This document shows, one piece after another, positions 1 through 8,199 of a stretch of DNA of 64,000 nucleotides; position 1 is the stretch's first letter, and each line of letters opens with the position of its first letter. Location: positions 96,001-160,000 of the forward strand of contig JBCCHT010000012.1 of the NCBI GenBank assembly GCA_039028615.1, given 5' to 3'. Position numbers and translations under genes: made by a program. Source of the DNA: Myxococcota bacterium (lineage in GTDB: Bacteria; Myxococcota_A; Polyangia; Nannocystales; Nannocystaceae). Below the pieces are notes generated by a model. That model was not told where the DNA came from, ran no database searches, and was given only the letters and a program-made list of their open reading frames with translations.

Positions 1-1703
1 AGCACGGCGGCAAGATGAACCCGACGACCGGGTCCTACGATCGCATCCGACAGATTCGTCGCCTCCAGCTGGTCGACGAGCTCGCGTCGATCTCCACTCG
101 CTCGAAGGCCTACGCCGACTACCTCGAGGAGGGGGACACCCCGGGCTTCGTCGGCGCCGAGCTGGCCGCCATCGACACTCTCGACGAGCAAGAGATCCAG
201 GCCGCCTGGCGCGATGTGTTTTCACGCGACCGCGCGATGCTCATCGAGCTGACGCCGACCGAAGATCCGGGCCGAGTCCAAATCGACCCCGAGCCCTTCG
301 CGTACGACCCTACGCGCCACGAACGGCTATATCTGCCCGACGACATCGGGGCGGACGAAGCCAACCGTCCCCTCGAGGTGGTGGAGATCGCCCCGCCCGA
401 CCTCGACCTGGTCGCCTACCGCACGAGCAACGGCATGCGGGTCGTCCTGGCCGCCTCGTCGCAGTTTCCCGTGATGCACACCCAGCTCATGGTCGGGGCC
501 GGTACCGCTCATAGCCGGCGCCACCCCGAGACGGCGAAGCTGGCGATGGACCTCTATCGCGTCCACGCTCGGGAAAGCGCCAAGGTGTTGCGGCAATTCT
601 TCAATGCGGGCGGCGTGTACAGCCGCTCGATGGACGCCTACAGCACGACCTACCGCGCCCAGGGCCTGTCCATCTACCTCGACTTCATCCTGGCCGGGCT
701 ATCGGATCGCATCCTTCAAGCGCAGTACTCGAACGATGGCTTCGATCAGTGGAAGAAGACGGCGCGTGTACTCGCCGAGAACCCGAAGATCGCAGCGGCG
801 CTTCGTCGGCGGCAGCTGCTTCTGAGTTCGCTCTACGGCGAGGGACATCCGCTGGCCCGCTCTCCGGGCGGCCCCAAGGACATCAAGAAAGTCCGAGGCG
901 TCCCCGTCAACCGATTCCGCAGCCGCTACTTTCGGGCTCCCAACGCCACGTTGGTCGTGACCGGCAACTTCGACATGGCCCTGGCCACCGACCACATCGA
1001 AGCCGGCTTCGGCAAGCCTCGGAACACCAACCAGTTCACGGTGTGGAACCGTCGGATGGACTACACCACGCCCGAGATACCCCCCATCTCGCCACACTGG
1101 GGCCGCACGCTCACCCAGGTGGACGACGATCGGGTCCAGACCGAGGTCCAGCTCATCTATCCGATGGACTCGGTCTACGGGCGACGGCATGCCGCCCTCC
1201 TGGTCCTCGCCGCGATGCTCGACCTCAGCGTCAGCCGCGTACGCGAGGAGCTGTCCGTCTCCTACGGAGCGAGTGCCTTCCTGGATCGAGATCAACCGAG
1301 CCTGGTGGTCACGGCCAGCCTCGACAGCGGCCGGGCGAACGAGGGCCTCGAGGCACTCCGAGCGTCCATCATCGCGGCGACGTCGGCCGATGATTTCGAA
1401 CGTCGCTTCGCCTTCGCGCGCCGCCAGCAGATGGAGTCGATGCTCCTGACCCATGGTGACCCCGGCCGCCTCGCCGACGAACTCGCCACCGCCGTGCGGC
1501 ACGAGGGCAGCGTCAACTACTTCTATGCACTCGCCGAGCGGATCGCCGTGCTCCAGCCCAGCGACGTCGTGGCCGTGGCGCACGAGCTGTTCGACCACGG
1601 GGGGCCCATCACCCACGTCATCGGACCCGGGGACAGCATCGAGCAGATCGTCGCCGGCCTCGACCCGAGCACCGTGCTCGAGCTGCCCGAAACTCCACGA
1701 TGA
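1..1703 (+). CDS. M16 (pitrilysin/insulinase) family peptidase, C-terminal part; 5' end probably outside the window
   Basis: Frame is open to the window edge. M16-like segments NGMRVVL, YGEGHPLAR, YFRAPNATLVVTGNFD and VREELSVSYG are present. No HxxEH in this half, as expected for the inactive second M16 domain. Confidence 0.75.
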   Translation, partial: HGGKMNPTTGSYDRIRQIRRLQLVDELASISTRSKAYADYLEEGDTPGFVGAELAAIDTLDEQEIQAAWRDVFSRDRAMLIELTPTEDPGRVQIDPEPFAYDPTRHERLYLPDDIGADEANRPLEVVEIAPPDLDLVAYRTSNGMRVVLAASSQFPVMHTQLMVGAGTAHSRRHPETAKLAMDLYRVHARESAKVLRQFFNAGGVYSRSMDAYSTTYRAQGLSIYLDFILAGLSDRILQAQYSNDGFDQWKKTARVLAENPKIAAALRRRQLLLSSLYGEGHPLARSPGGPKDIKKVRGVPVNRFRSRYFRAPNATLVVTGNFDMALATDHIEAGFGKPRNTNQFTVWNRRMDYTTPEIPPISPHWGRTLTQVDDDRVQTEVQLIYPMDSVYGRRHAALLVLAAMLDLSVSRVREELSVSYGASAFLDRDQPSLVVTASLDSGRANEGLEALRASIIAATSADDFERRFAFARRQQMESMLLTHGDPGRLADELATAVRHEGSVNYFYALAERIAVLQPSDVVAVAHELFDHGGPITHVIGPGDSIEQIVAGLDPSTVLELPETPR

Positions 1704-1807
1704 TCCCGCGAGCACGCGCCCCTCGAAGCTCGGCGTGCGCGGCTCGTTCCGCACGACCGCCGAAGAGGCGGCTCGAGCAGCCGAAGGCGCTGCTCGAGCG
1801 GTGAGCC

Positions 1808-2416
1808 CTACTTGGCGTAGAACTCGACGATCAGCTGGGTGTCGACCTCGAGCAAGACGTCCTGCGGGGTCGGCATCGCGACCACCGTGGCCACCTGGTT
1901 ATTCGAGTCCCAGCTCAGCCACGACGGCGGCGAAAAGCGGGGCTGGGCCAGCGATTCCTTGACGATCTCGAAGCCGCGCGAGCGCTCGGTCATCTCGATC
2001 CGGTCGCCCACCTTCACTCGAATCGAAGGGATGTCGACGCGACGCCCGCCGACGATGAGGTGGCGATGATTGATGAGCTGCCGCGCCCCGGGAATGGTCG
2101 GCGCGATGCCGAGCCGAAACGCCACGTTGTCGAGACGCCGCTCGAGCAGGTTGAGCATGTTGTCGCCCGTGATCCCCTTGGCCGCGTGGGCCTCTCGGTA
2201 GATCCGGCGAAGCTGGCGCTCGGTGAGACCGTAGTTGTAGCGAAGCTTCTGCTTCTCGAGCAGCTGCATCGCGTACTCGGAAGGGCGTCGACGTGGCCTC
2301 GAGCCATGCTGGCCGGGGCGTTGCGGGCGACGATCACGACTCTTGCGGGTGAGGCCAGGCAGCTCGCTGTCGAGCGCCCGCATCACCCGTACTCGGGGAC
2401 CGGTATAGCGACTCAT
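1808..2416 (-). CDS. rpsD: 30S ribosomal protein S4, Cys-free (zinc-independent type) paralog
   Basis: MSRYTGPR...PGQHG...SEYAMQLLEKQKLRYNYG...LERRLDNVAFRLG...ARQLINHRH...IVEFYAK. ATG at 2416 with GGAG 5 nt upstream; 202 aa. Confidence 0.95.
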   Translation of the reverse strand: MSRYTGPRVRVMRALDSELPGLTRKSRDRRPQRPGQHGSRPRRRPSEYAMQLLEKQKLRYNYGLTERQLRRIYREAHAAKGITGDNMLNLLERRLDNVAFRLGIAPTIPGARQLINHRHLIVGGRRVDIPSIRVKVGDRIEMTERSRGFEIVKESLAQPRFSPPSWLSWDSNNQVATVVAMPTPQDVLLEVDTQLIVEFYAK

Positions 2417-2448
2417 GGGTACTCCGTTGGGGTAAGGACGGAAGGCGA

Positions 2449-3378
2449 TCAGCCGACCAACGCCGGCCAGACCAACGCGAGCATCCATATGCTCGCGACC
2501 ACACCCGACAGCATCACGACCCAGCCAACGCGACGAAGACGACGAAGCTGCCACCACATCACAACCCCAGTGATGCTCCACATGATCAGGCAGAAGATCG
2601 TCAGATCTACGACGAAGGCGTGGATCCACGGCACCCCGAATTCGGCGGGGTAGGTGTGGGTCATGTGCAGCCGAGCAAGAATTCGGCTGGTTCGAACCTC
2701 GGGTTCTTCGATTTCCTCGAACTCGGGTTTCTGGGTCACCGCGTCGTAGGTGACCCGCCAAGGGCGACCGTCGATGGTCGCCACGAACTCGATCTTCGGC
2801 GCAGACTCGAGCTTCAAGGCCTCGGGCTCGTCGAGCCACGGCTCGGCCGCGGCCTCGACCATGCGCTCGAAGATGGCCGGCTCGAGCGCATCGACCGGCA
2901 TCGACTCGACCTCGGCGAAGGCCTCGGGCTGCGCGGGCTCCTCGACCGGGCTCATGCGCAGCGAGCCGTTGCCACTGCGTGCGCCCAGGAATAGACGCAC
3001 GCGCTGGTCGTCGATCTCGCCTCGGGCGCGTAGCGACCCCCCGTACTCGGGGAGCGGCGTCGGCTGCAGCTCGATCTGCGCGTCGGGGGCCGTGGCTCGC
3101 ATCGCCTCTACCGCAGCCTCGGCGGCGGACTCGGGCGTGGGCACGTCGGCCAGCACCTGCGGCGGCAGATCATCGCGGACGAAGCGATGCACGCCCGGCG
3201 AACCCGACAAGCTCGGGTGATTGAAGAGCAGGCCGCTGATGGCGTACATCAGCACCCAGGGCACCATGGCGAGCCCCGCGTACAGGTGCGTACGACGAAT
3301 GATCTTCAAGATCTTCGCGTTGCGTGCCGCGCGAGCGCGGTCCCGTGCGGGCGGGCGAGCCATGGTGTCCGGGGTCAT
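2449..3378 (-). CDS. PepSY-associated TM-helix membrane protein
   Basis: N-terminal RRTHLYAGL...ISGLLFNHP and C-terminal LARLHMTH...ITGVVMWW TM motifs with conserved His. Confidence 0.75.
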   Translation of the reverse strand: MTPDTMARPPARDRARAARNAKILKIIRRTHLYAGLAMVPWVLMYAISGLLFNHPSLSGSPGVHRFVRDDLPPQVLADVPTPESAAEAAVEAMRATAPDAQIELQPTPLPEYGGSLRARGEIDDQRVRLFLGARSGNGSLRMSPVEEPAQPEAFAEVESMPVDALEPAIFERMVEAAAEPWLDEPEALKLESAPKIEFVATIDGRPWRVTYDAVTQKPEFEEIEEPEVRTSRILARLHMTHTYPAEFGVPWIHAFVVDLTIFCLIMWSITGVVMWWQLRRLRRVGWVVMLSGVVASIWMLALVWPALVG

Positions 3379-3383
3379 CGTGT

Positions 3384-3986
3384 CTAGAGGTTCGCGCTGT
3401 GCTGCGCGAGGTAGTCGGCCACGCCCTCGGGGTTGGCCTTCATGCCGGGGTCACCCTTGTTCCAGCCGGCGGGGCAGACCTCGCCGTGCTCCTCGTGGAA
3501 CTGCAGGGCGTCGACCAGGCGCGTCAGCTCGTCCATGTTCCGCCCGAGCGGGAGGTCGTTGACGATCTGCGAGCGCACGGTGCCCTCGCGGTCGATGAGG
3601 AAGCTGGCGCGCAGAGCCACGCCGCCGTCGGTCTGGACCCCATAGGCCTGGCAGATCTCGTGCTTGACGTCGGCGACCATGGTGAAGCCCACCGGTCCGA
3701 TGCCGCCCTTGTCGACCGCGGTGTTCCGCCACGCGTGGTGGGTGAACTGCGAGTCGATGGACACGGCAATGACCTCCACGTTGCGCTCGCGCAGCGCGGG
3801 CACTCGGCGGTCCAGAGCGATCAGCTCCGAAGGACACACGAACGTGAAGTCCAGCGGATAGAACACGAGCACGCCGTAGCGAGACTTCAGCGCATTCGAC
3901 ATGGACCAGTCGTCGGCGATCGTGCCGTCGGGCAGGACGGCGGAGGCCGAGAACATGGGAGCGGGACGAGTAACGAGTACGGACAT
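3384..3986 (-). CDS. ahpC: 2-Cys peroxiredoxin (alkyl hydroperoxide reductase C)
   Basis: FYPLDFTFVCPSE (peroxidatic Cys) and GEVCPAGW (resolving Cys). ATG at 3986; 200 aa. Confidence 0.95.
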   Translation of the reverse strand: MSVLVTRPAPMFSASAVLPDGTIADDWSMSNALKSRYGVLVFYPLDFTFVCPSELIALDRRVPALRERNVEVIAVSIDSQFTHHAWRNTAVDKGGIGPVGFTMVADVKHEICQAYGVQTDGGVALRASFLIDREGTVRSQIVNDLPLGRNMDELTRLVDALQFHEEHGEVCPAGWNKGDPGMKANPEGVADYLAQHSANL

Positions 3987-4000
3987 TCGGATGAACCTGA

Positions 4001-4115
4001 TTAGATTTTGAAAATCAAAATCGACAAACTCGATAGAACGGTTCAATCGCCGTTTCAACTCATTAATCGAGAAATGATGAATGCGCTTGCTCACCAATTG
4101 AAATCCCATATCATC
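4001..4115 (-). promoter_or_regulatory. AT-rich promoter/operator region of the ahpC-PepSY-rpsD operon
   Basis: Sharply AT-rich against the flanks. Palindrome GATTTT-G-AAAATC at 4004-4016 and a Fur-family-like TGAAATCCCATATCA at about 4099-4113. Confidence 0.5.
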
Positions 4116-4230
4116 CGGGATCCTCCGTGGGCTCGCCGCTCGACGCGGCGGCACGAGCGTCGGTCCCGCCGTCGATCCGCGGACCGCGTCGACACGGCGC
4201 AGTTTCTGTGGGCTCGCTCGAACGATCGGC

Positions 4231-4845
4231 TCAGTCGTCGCCGCAGCGCAGCGCCACGAAGCCGCCTTGGACCGCGCTGCCCGAGGCGGCGAACGTGTCC
4301 GCCGTATCGATCAACCGACCGATCACACACTCGTCGGTGACGCTGATGATCTCGAGGTCGCCCTTGGCGAAGCCACCTTCGAGCTGCTCGTCCACGCACT
4401 CCCCCTCTTCGCGCCACACGTGCGAGAGGTTGAAGCCCTGGCCGTAGTCGTTGAGCACGAACTCTCCGACCACGGGATCGGAGCCTCGCAGCACGATATC
4501 GGTGGCCCAGGCGCGGGGACAGGTGAGCGGCTCGGCCGCGAGCTCGTCGTCGCAGCTCACCTCGTCATCGGACAGACGCAACACCATGCTCGCGGTGGGC
4601 ACGTTGAAGTTGGTCTGGTTGTCCTTGGTGGGGATCGCCGTAACCGCCCACGCCGTCCGCAAGCCGCGAATCAACTCCACGTCTTCGGGCAACGGACCAC
4701 ACCGTTCCATCGCGGTGTGGATGTTGCCTTCGGGCTCGAGCAAAAGCGCGTCGTGGTCGACGATGTCGAGGTCGGCGCAGGCGCTGGCGGCCACGACGAG
4801 CGCAAGGCTCGCAATTGCCTTCGATGCCCCCATCCACATACGCAC
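4231..4845 (-). CDS. hypothetical lipoprotein
   Basis: Signal peptide with lipobox-like ASAC; several Cys; coding-type codon bias. Start may be 4833-4845. Confidence 0.65.
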   Translation of the reverse strand: MRMWMGASKAIASLALVVAASACADLDIVDHDALLLEPEGNIHTAMERCGPLPEDVELIRGLRTAWAVTAIPTKDNQTNFNVPTASMVLRLSDDEVSCDDELAAEPLTCPRAWATDIVLRGSDPVVGEFVLNDYGQGFNLSHVWREEGECVDEQLEGGFAKGDLEIISVTDECVIGRLIDTADTFAASGSAVQGGFVALRCGDD

Positions 4846-5056
4846 GATGCGTCTGAGTATGCCCGACCAGGGTGCAAAGCGCCCAACCCAAAATCATGCC
4901 GAACCTCATATTCCCGATATCGCTCGCGTTTTTCGCGGGCGGAAAGGAAACCGGACCCATTGGTTCGCGTGGTGAGGACGGCGGCGGCTATGCTCGAACC
5001 TGCGGGAGCCAAGAACTGCGATCCGCGATCATGGGCGGACTCGCAATGCGGAGGAG

Positions 5057-6265
5057 ATGGTGATTACTGCGCTACTAGCGCTGGTTCTCGCTCCGGCACC
5101 CGTGTACGTGGAAACCGTCCCGCCGACGGAGAGCCGCGAGACGCGCTCACTTCGAGCCCAACTGATGCTGCGTTTGCTGGAGGAGGGCTACCCCCTCGCG
5201 CCGTCGGCCGAGCACGCCACGCGCACGCTGTACGTCACGCCGACCGACAGCGGGTTGCGCGTGGAAGCGAGGGGCTTGGACATCCAGGCCTTCGAAGTGG
5301 CGACGGGTCCGGTGCTTCCGCTCGAGGCAGTGCACCGCGCGATGCAGGCGCTCGACGAAGTGACGCCGCGGGCCGATCCGACGGCCGTGCCTCCGCCTCG
5401 CTTTGCGGTGCACGTGACCGACGCCCCGGAGTCGACCTCGCCCGAGGCGGTTCGCGAGGCGCTGGTCGATCGACTGCTGGCCGCGAACGGAGCCGTGGTC
5501 CCGCTGTCGGCGAACCCGGACGGCGTGTTCTGTGCCGAAGCGCTGGGCAACGACCTGTCCGTGTCGCGGGGCCAGAGCCTCGACGACTGCGGGCTGCAAC
5601 CAGCGCTGGTGCCGATGGACGACGACCAGGTCGATGCGACCGCGCTCGCCAGCTCGGTGCAGGAGCTGATGCGCGACCCCGACGTGGTCGACCTGCAGCC
5701 GCGCGACACCACGACGAAGCAACCACCGCGACGGGACATCGAGACCACGACCGACAACGAGCCGCCGCCCCGCAACGGCAAGACGCGGGTTCGGGTCGGA
5801 GCGCGGGCGGGCATCTTCGGGCGCATCAGCTCGGCGGATGCCGCGGTCGGCACTTCGTTGCGAGTCGGTCGCGAGCCGGGTCCGGGCGGTCTGCTCGACC
5901 TGACGATGGTGCCCACGTCCGCCCCCGACATCTCGATCTTCGAGACCAGCGTGAGCGGCGGCTTCGGCTGGATGTGGGCCGTGTCGCCGATCGTGGCCAT
6001 GCGAGTGCAGGGCCTGGTCGGCGTACAAATTCACCGCTTCCGGCAGCGTGGCGACGTCACGGGTCACCGCGTGGACTGGACGGCAGAGATACCCGTAGGA
6101 ACCTCGCTCCGATTGGCGCGTGGCCTTCGCCTCGACCTCACGGTTCGTGGCGGACGCTCGGGGCGAGACAGAGAACACCGAGTCGACGACGTCATCGTAT
6201 GGGCCCGCAGTGCGTGGCGCATTGGAGCATCGGTCGGCTTGAGTTACGGTTGGAGGGCGCGATGA
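5057..6265 (+). CDS. secreted protein with C-terminal beta-barrel-like domain (first gene of an ECF cassette)
   Basis: GGAGGAG upstream; signal peptide; C-terminal alternating beta-strands ending GLSYGWRAR; ATGA overlap with the sigma gene. Confidence 0.7.
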   Translation: MVITALLALVLAPAPVYVETVPPTESRETRSLRAQLMLRLLEEGYPLAPSAEHATRTLYVTPTDSGLRVEARGLDIQAFEVATGPVLPLEAVHRAMQALDEVTPRADPTAVPPPRFAVHVTDAPESTSPEAVREALVDRLLAANGAVVPLSANPDGVFCAEALGNDLSVSRGQSLDDCGLQPALVPMDDDQVDATALASSVQELMRDPDVVDLQPRDTTTKQPPRRDIETTTDNEPPPRNGKTRVRVGARAGIFGRISSADAAVGTSLRVGREPGPGGLLDLTMVPTSAPDISIFETSVSGGFGWMWAVSPIVAMRVQGLVGVQIHRFRQRGDVTGHRVDWTAEIPVGTSLRLARGLRLDLTVRGGRSGRDREHRVDDVIVWARSAWRIGASVGLSYGWRAR

Positions 6266-6858
6266 ACGAGATGGGTGAGATGGGTGAGCTCGAGTCGAGC
6301 TCACTGTTGATGCTGGAGGACACCGCTGCGAGCGATCCCTCCGCGGCCAACGCGGCCCGCATTGCGGGGCTGTACCGGCAGCACCGCGACCAGGTCTACC
6401 GCCTGGCGCTGCGCTACGGCCGGGGCGACCGCACCTGGGCCGAGGACGTCACCCAAGACGTCTTCGTGTCGCTGTGCAAGGTCATCCACCGCCTCGAGGA
6501 CGACGAAGCCCTCAAGGGCTGGTTCTACCGCGTGGCCACCAACCGCTGCCTCAGCCGGCTGCGCCGCGAGGCGGTCGCGGGTGCGCCCGCCGTGCGCTGG
6601 CTGCTGGGGCGCTCGATCAAGACGGCCGAGGACCCCGAGGCCCAGGCCACGGAGCGTCGCGACCTGCGACGGGTCGATGCGGTGCTCGCCACCCTGCCCC
6701 CCAAGCAGCGCATCGCGTTCTGCATGTATCGCCTCGACGGCAAGGAGCAGCAGGAGATCGGCGAGATCCTCGGCTTCTCCAAGAGCTACGTCTGCAAGCT
6801 CATCAAGCGCGCCGAAGCCAAGATTCGCGCCGCGGGTTGGGAGGTGGGCGATGAGTGA
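6262..6858 (+). CDS. ECF RNA polymerase sigma-70 factor
   Basis: Region 2 (LYRQHRDQVYRLALRY, AEDVTQDVF, WFYRVATNRC) and region 4 (LPPKQR, EIGEILG). ATG at 6262. Confidence 0.9.
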   Translation: MNEMGEMGELESSSLLMLEDTAASDPSAANAARIAGLYRQHRDQVYRLALRYGRGDRTWAEDVTQDVFVSLCKVIHRLEDDEALKGWFYRVATNRCLSRLRREAVAGAPAVRWLLGRSIKTAEDPEAQATERRDLRRVDAVLATLPPKQRIAFCMYRLDGKEQQEIGEILGFSKSYVCKLIKRAEAKIRAAGWEVGDE

Positions 6859-7963
6859 TCAGCCATCCTTCGTCGCCGCCCTGCGCGAGCTCGACGAGAC
6901 CCGCCAGGCCGAGCGCCTGCGTCCCGGGGCCGTCCATCGCATCACGCGTCGCCTCGACGCCGAGCTGCTGCAGACCGAGCTGCCCAAGAAGCGCCGCGGC
7001 TTCATCCCCATGGTGAGCTTCGCCGCCGGGGCAGCCACCGTGCTGGCCGTGTTCACCTTGAGCTCGGGCCCCGACGCGGTCCTCGAAGAAACGACCGACG
7101 CCCCCGCGCCCATGCACGCGTCGTGGGAGGTCAGCGGCAGCAACTGCCACACCACCAACGGCAAGACCGAGCTGACCCTCGACGGCAGCTGCCACGTGGT
7201 CGTGCCCGGAGCCGACCTCGTGGTGGAGAGCCGCAAGACCACGCGACTGCGGGGCATCGAAAACGGCGTCGCGATGATCGACGGCACCGCGCTATTCGAC
7301 ATCACGCCGGACATCCAGGGCCCGCCGCGTCGAGTGGTGGTGCCGGGCGGCACCATCGAGGTGCACGGCACCCGGTTCTCGGTCGTCGTCCGCTACGGCG
7401 CCGGTCATGTCGATCTGCTCGAAGGCTCGGTGCACTTCATCGACGACGCGGGCAAGACCCACGAGCTGTCGCCGGGTCAGCGCTTCATGTTCTCGGCCAA
7501 CGAGACCATCGCCGCTGCGCCTTCGCCCACGCCGACCAGCACGGGAGGCATCGTCGAGCCCGAGGTCGCGGCCGAGACCGAAGAGGCGCCCGCCCTGCCC
7601 CTGGCGGCGGGCGAGCGGCTCGCCGCGCTGGCCAACGAGTACAAGGACAAGCACTCCCGTCCCGCTCGCTCTCGGGCGCCCTCGTCCGAGGAGCTGCAGG
7701 GCATCGTGCAGCAGATCGCCGAGTTCCGGGCCCAGCGGAAGTACGACGCCGCGGTGTCCTTGCTTCGCGGCGCCTTGAACAAGCGCTGGGATCGACGCAC
7801 GCGAGAGGTCCTGAGCTACGAGCTGGGCACCATCCTGTCCAACCAGCTCACCAATCGCGAGCAAGCCTGCGCGCACTGGCAGAACCATCGGCGGCAGTTC
7901 CCGTCGGGCCAGTACGCACGGGCGATCGAACGCGTCGAAGCGCGGCTGACCTGCGAGAAGTAA
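6851..7963 (+). CDS. FecR-family anti-sigma factor with C-terminal TPR-like helices
   Basis: Single TM; FecR motif TIEVHGTRFSV...VDLLEGSV; C-terminal helical repeat ending in the FPSGQYA motif; overlaps the sigma stop codon. Confidence 0.8.
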   Translation: MSDQPSFVAALRELDETRQAERLRPGAVHRITRRLDAELLQTELPKKRRGFIPMVSFAAGAATVLAVFTLSSGPDAVLEETTDAPAPMHASWEVSGSNCHTTNGKTELTLDGSCHVVVPGADLVVESRKTTRLRGIENGVAMIDGTALFDITPDIQGPPRRVVVPGGTIEVHGTRFSVVVRYGAGHVDLLEGSVHFIDDAGKTHELSPGQRFMFSANETIAAAPSPTPTSTGGIVEPEVAAETEEAPALPLAAGERLAALANEYKDKHSRPARSRAPSSEELQGIVQQIAEFRAQRKYDAAVSLLRGALNKRWDRRTREVLSYELGTILSNQLTNREQACAHWQNHRRQFPSGQYARAIERVEARLTCEK

Positions 7964-8199
7964 GTCGGCGAGGCGACGGCCGCGGGCCCACGGAGACCCG
8001 CGGCGAGGCCTCGCTGCCCAGGTCGACGAGTCACGAGTCGTCAAGCCGTTTGAGCCAAAAAGACGCGTGATGGCGTCGCGTCGAAAACGAGATCCCTAAA
8101 CGCGACCGCTCCGAAGTCAATGTGGCCGGAGTCGGGCGCACCGCAGCGCACCGAACTTTCACCGGGCCCCGCCCGGATCGGGGCACTACACTCTTTTCC

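Noticed and set aside
1808..2839. 343-aa S4 with an N-terminal extension
   Set aside because: S4 begins at ATG 2416 with its own RBS; the extension overlaps the PepSY gene out of frame.
4267..6858. 863-aa ORF appearing as a giant sigma-factor fusion
   Set aside because: Only the last 198 aa (from ATG 6262) are sigma-like. The rest is an Arg/Ala-rich off-frame read over two real genes.
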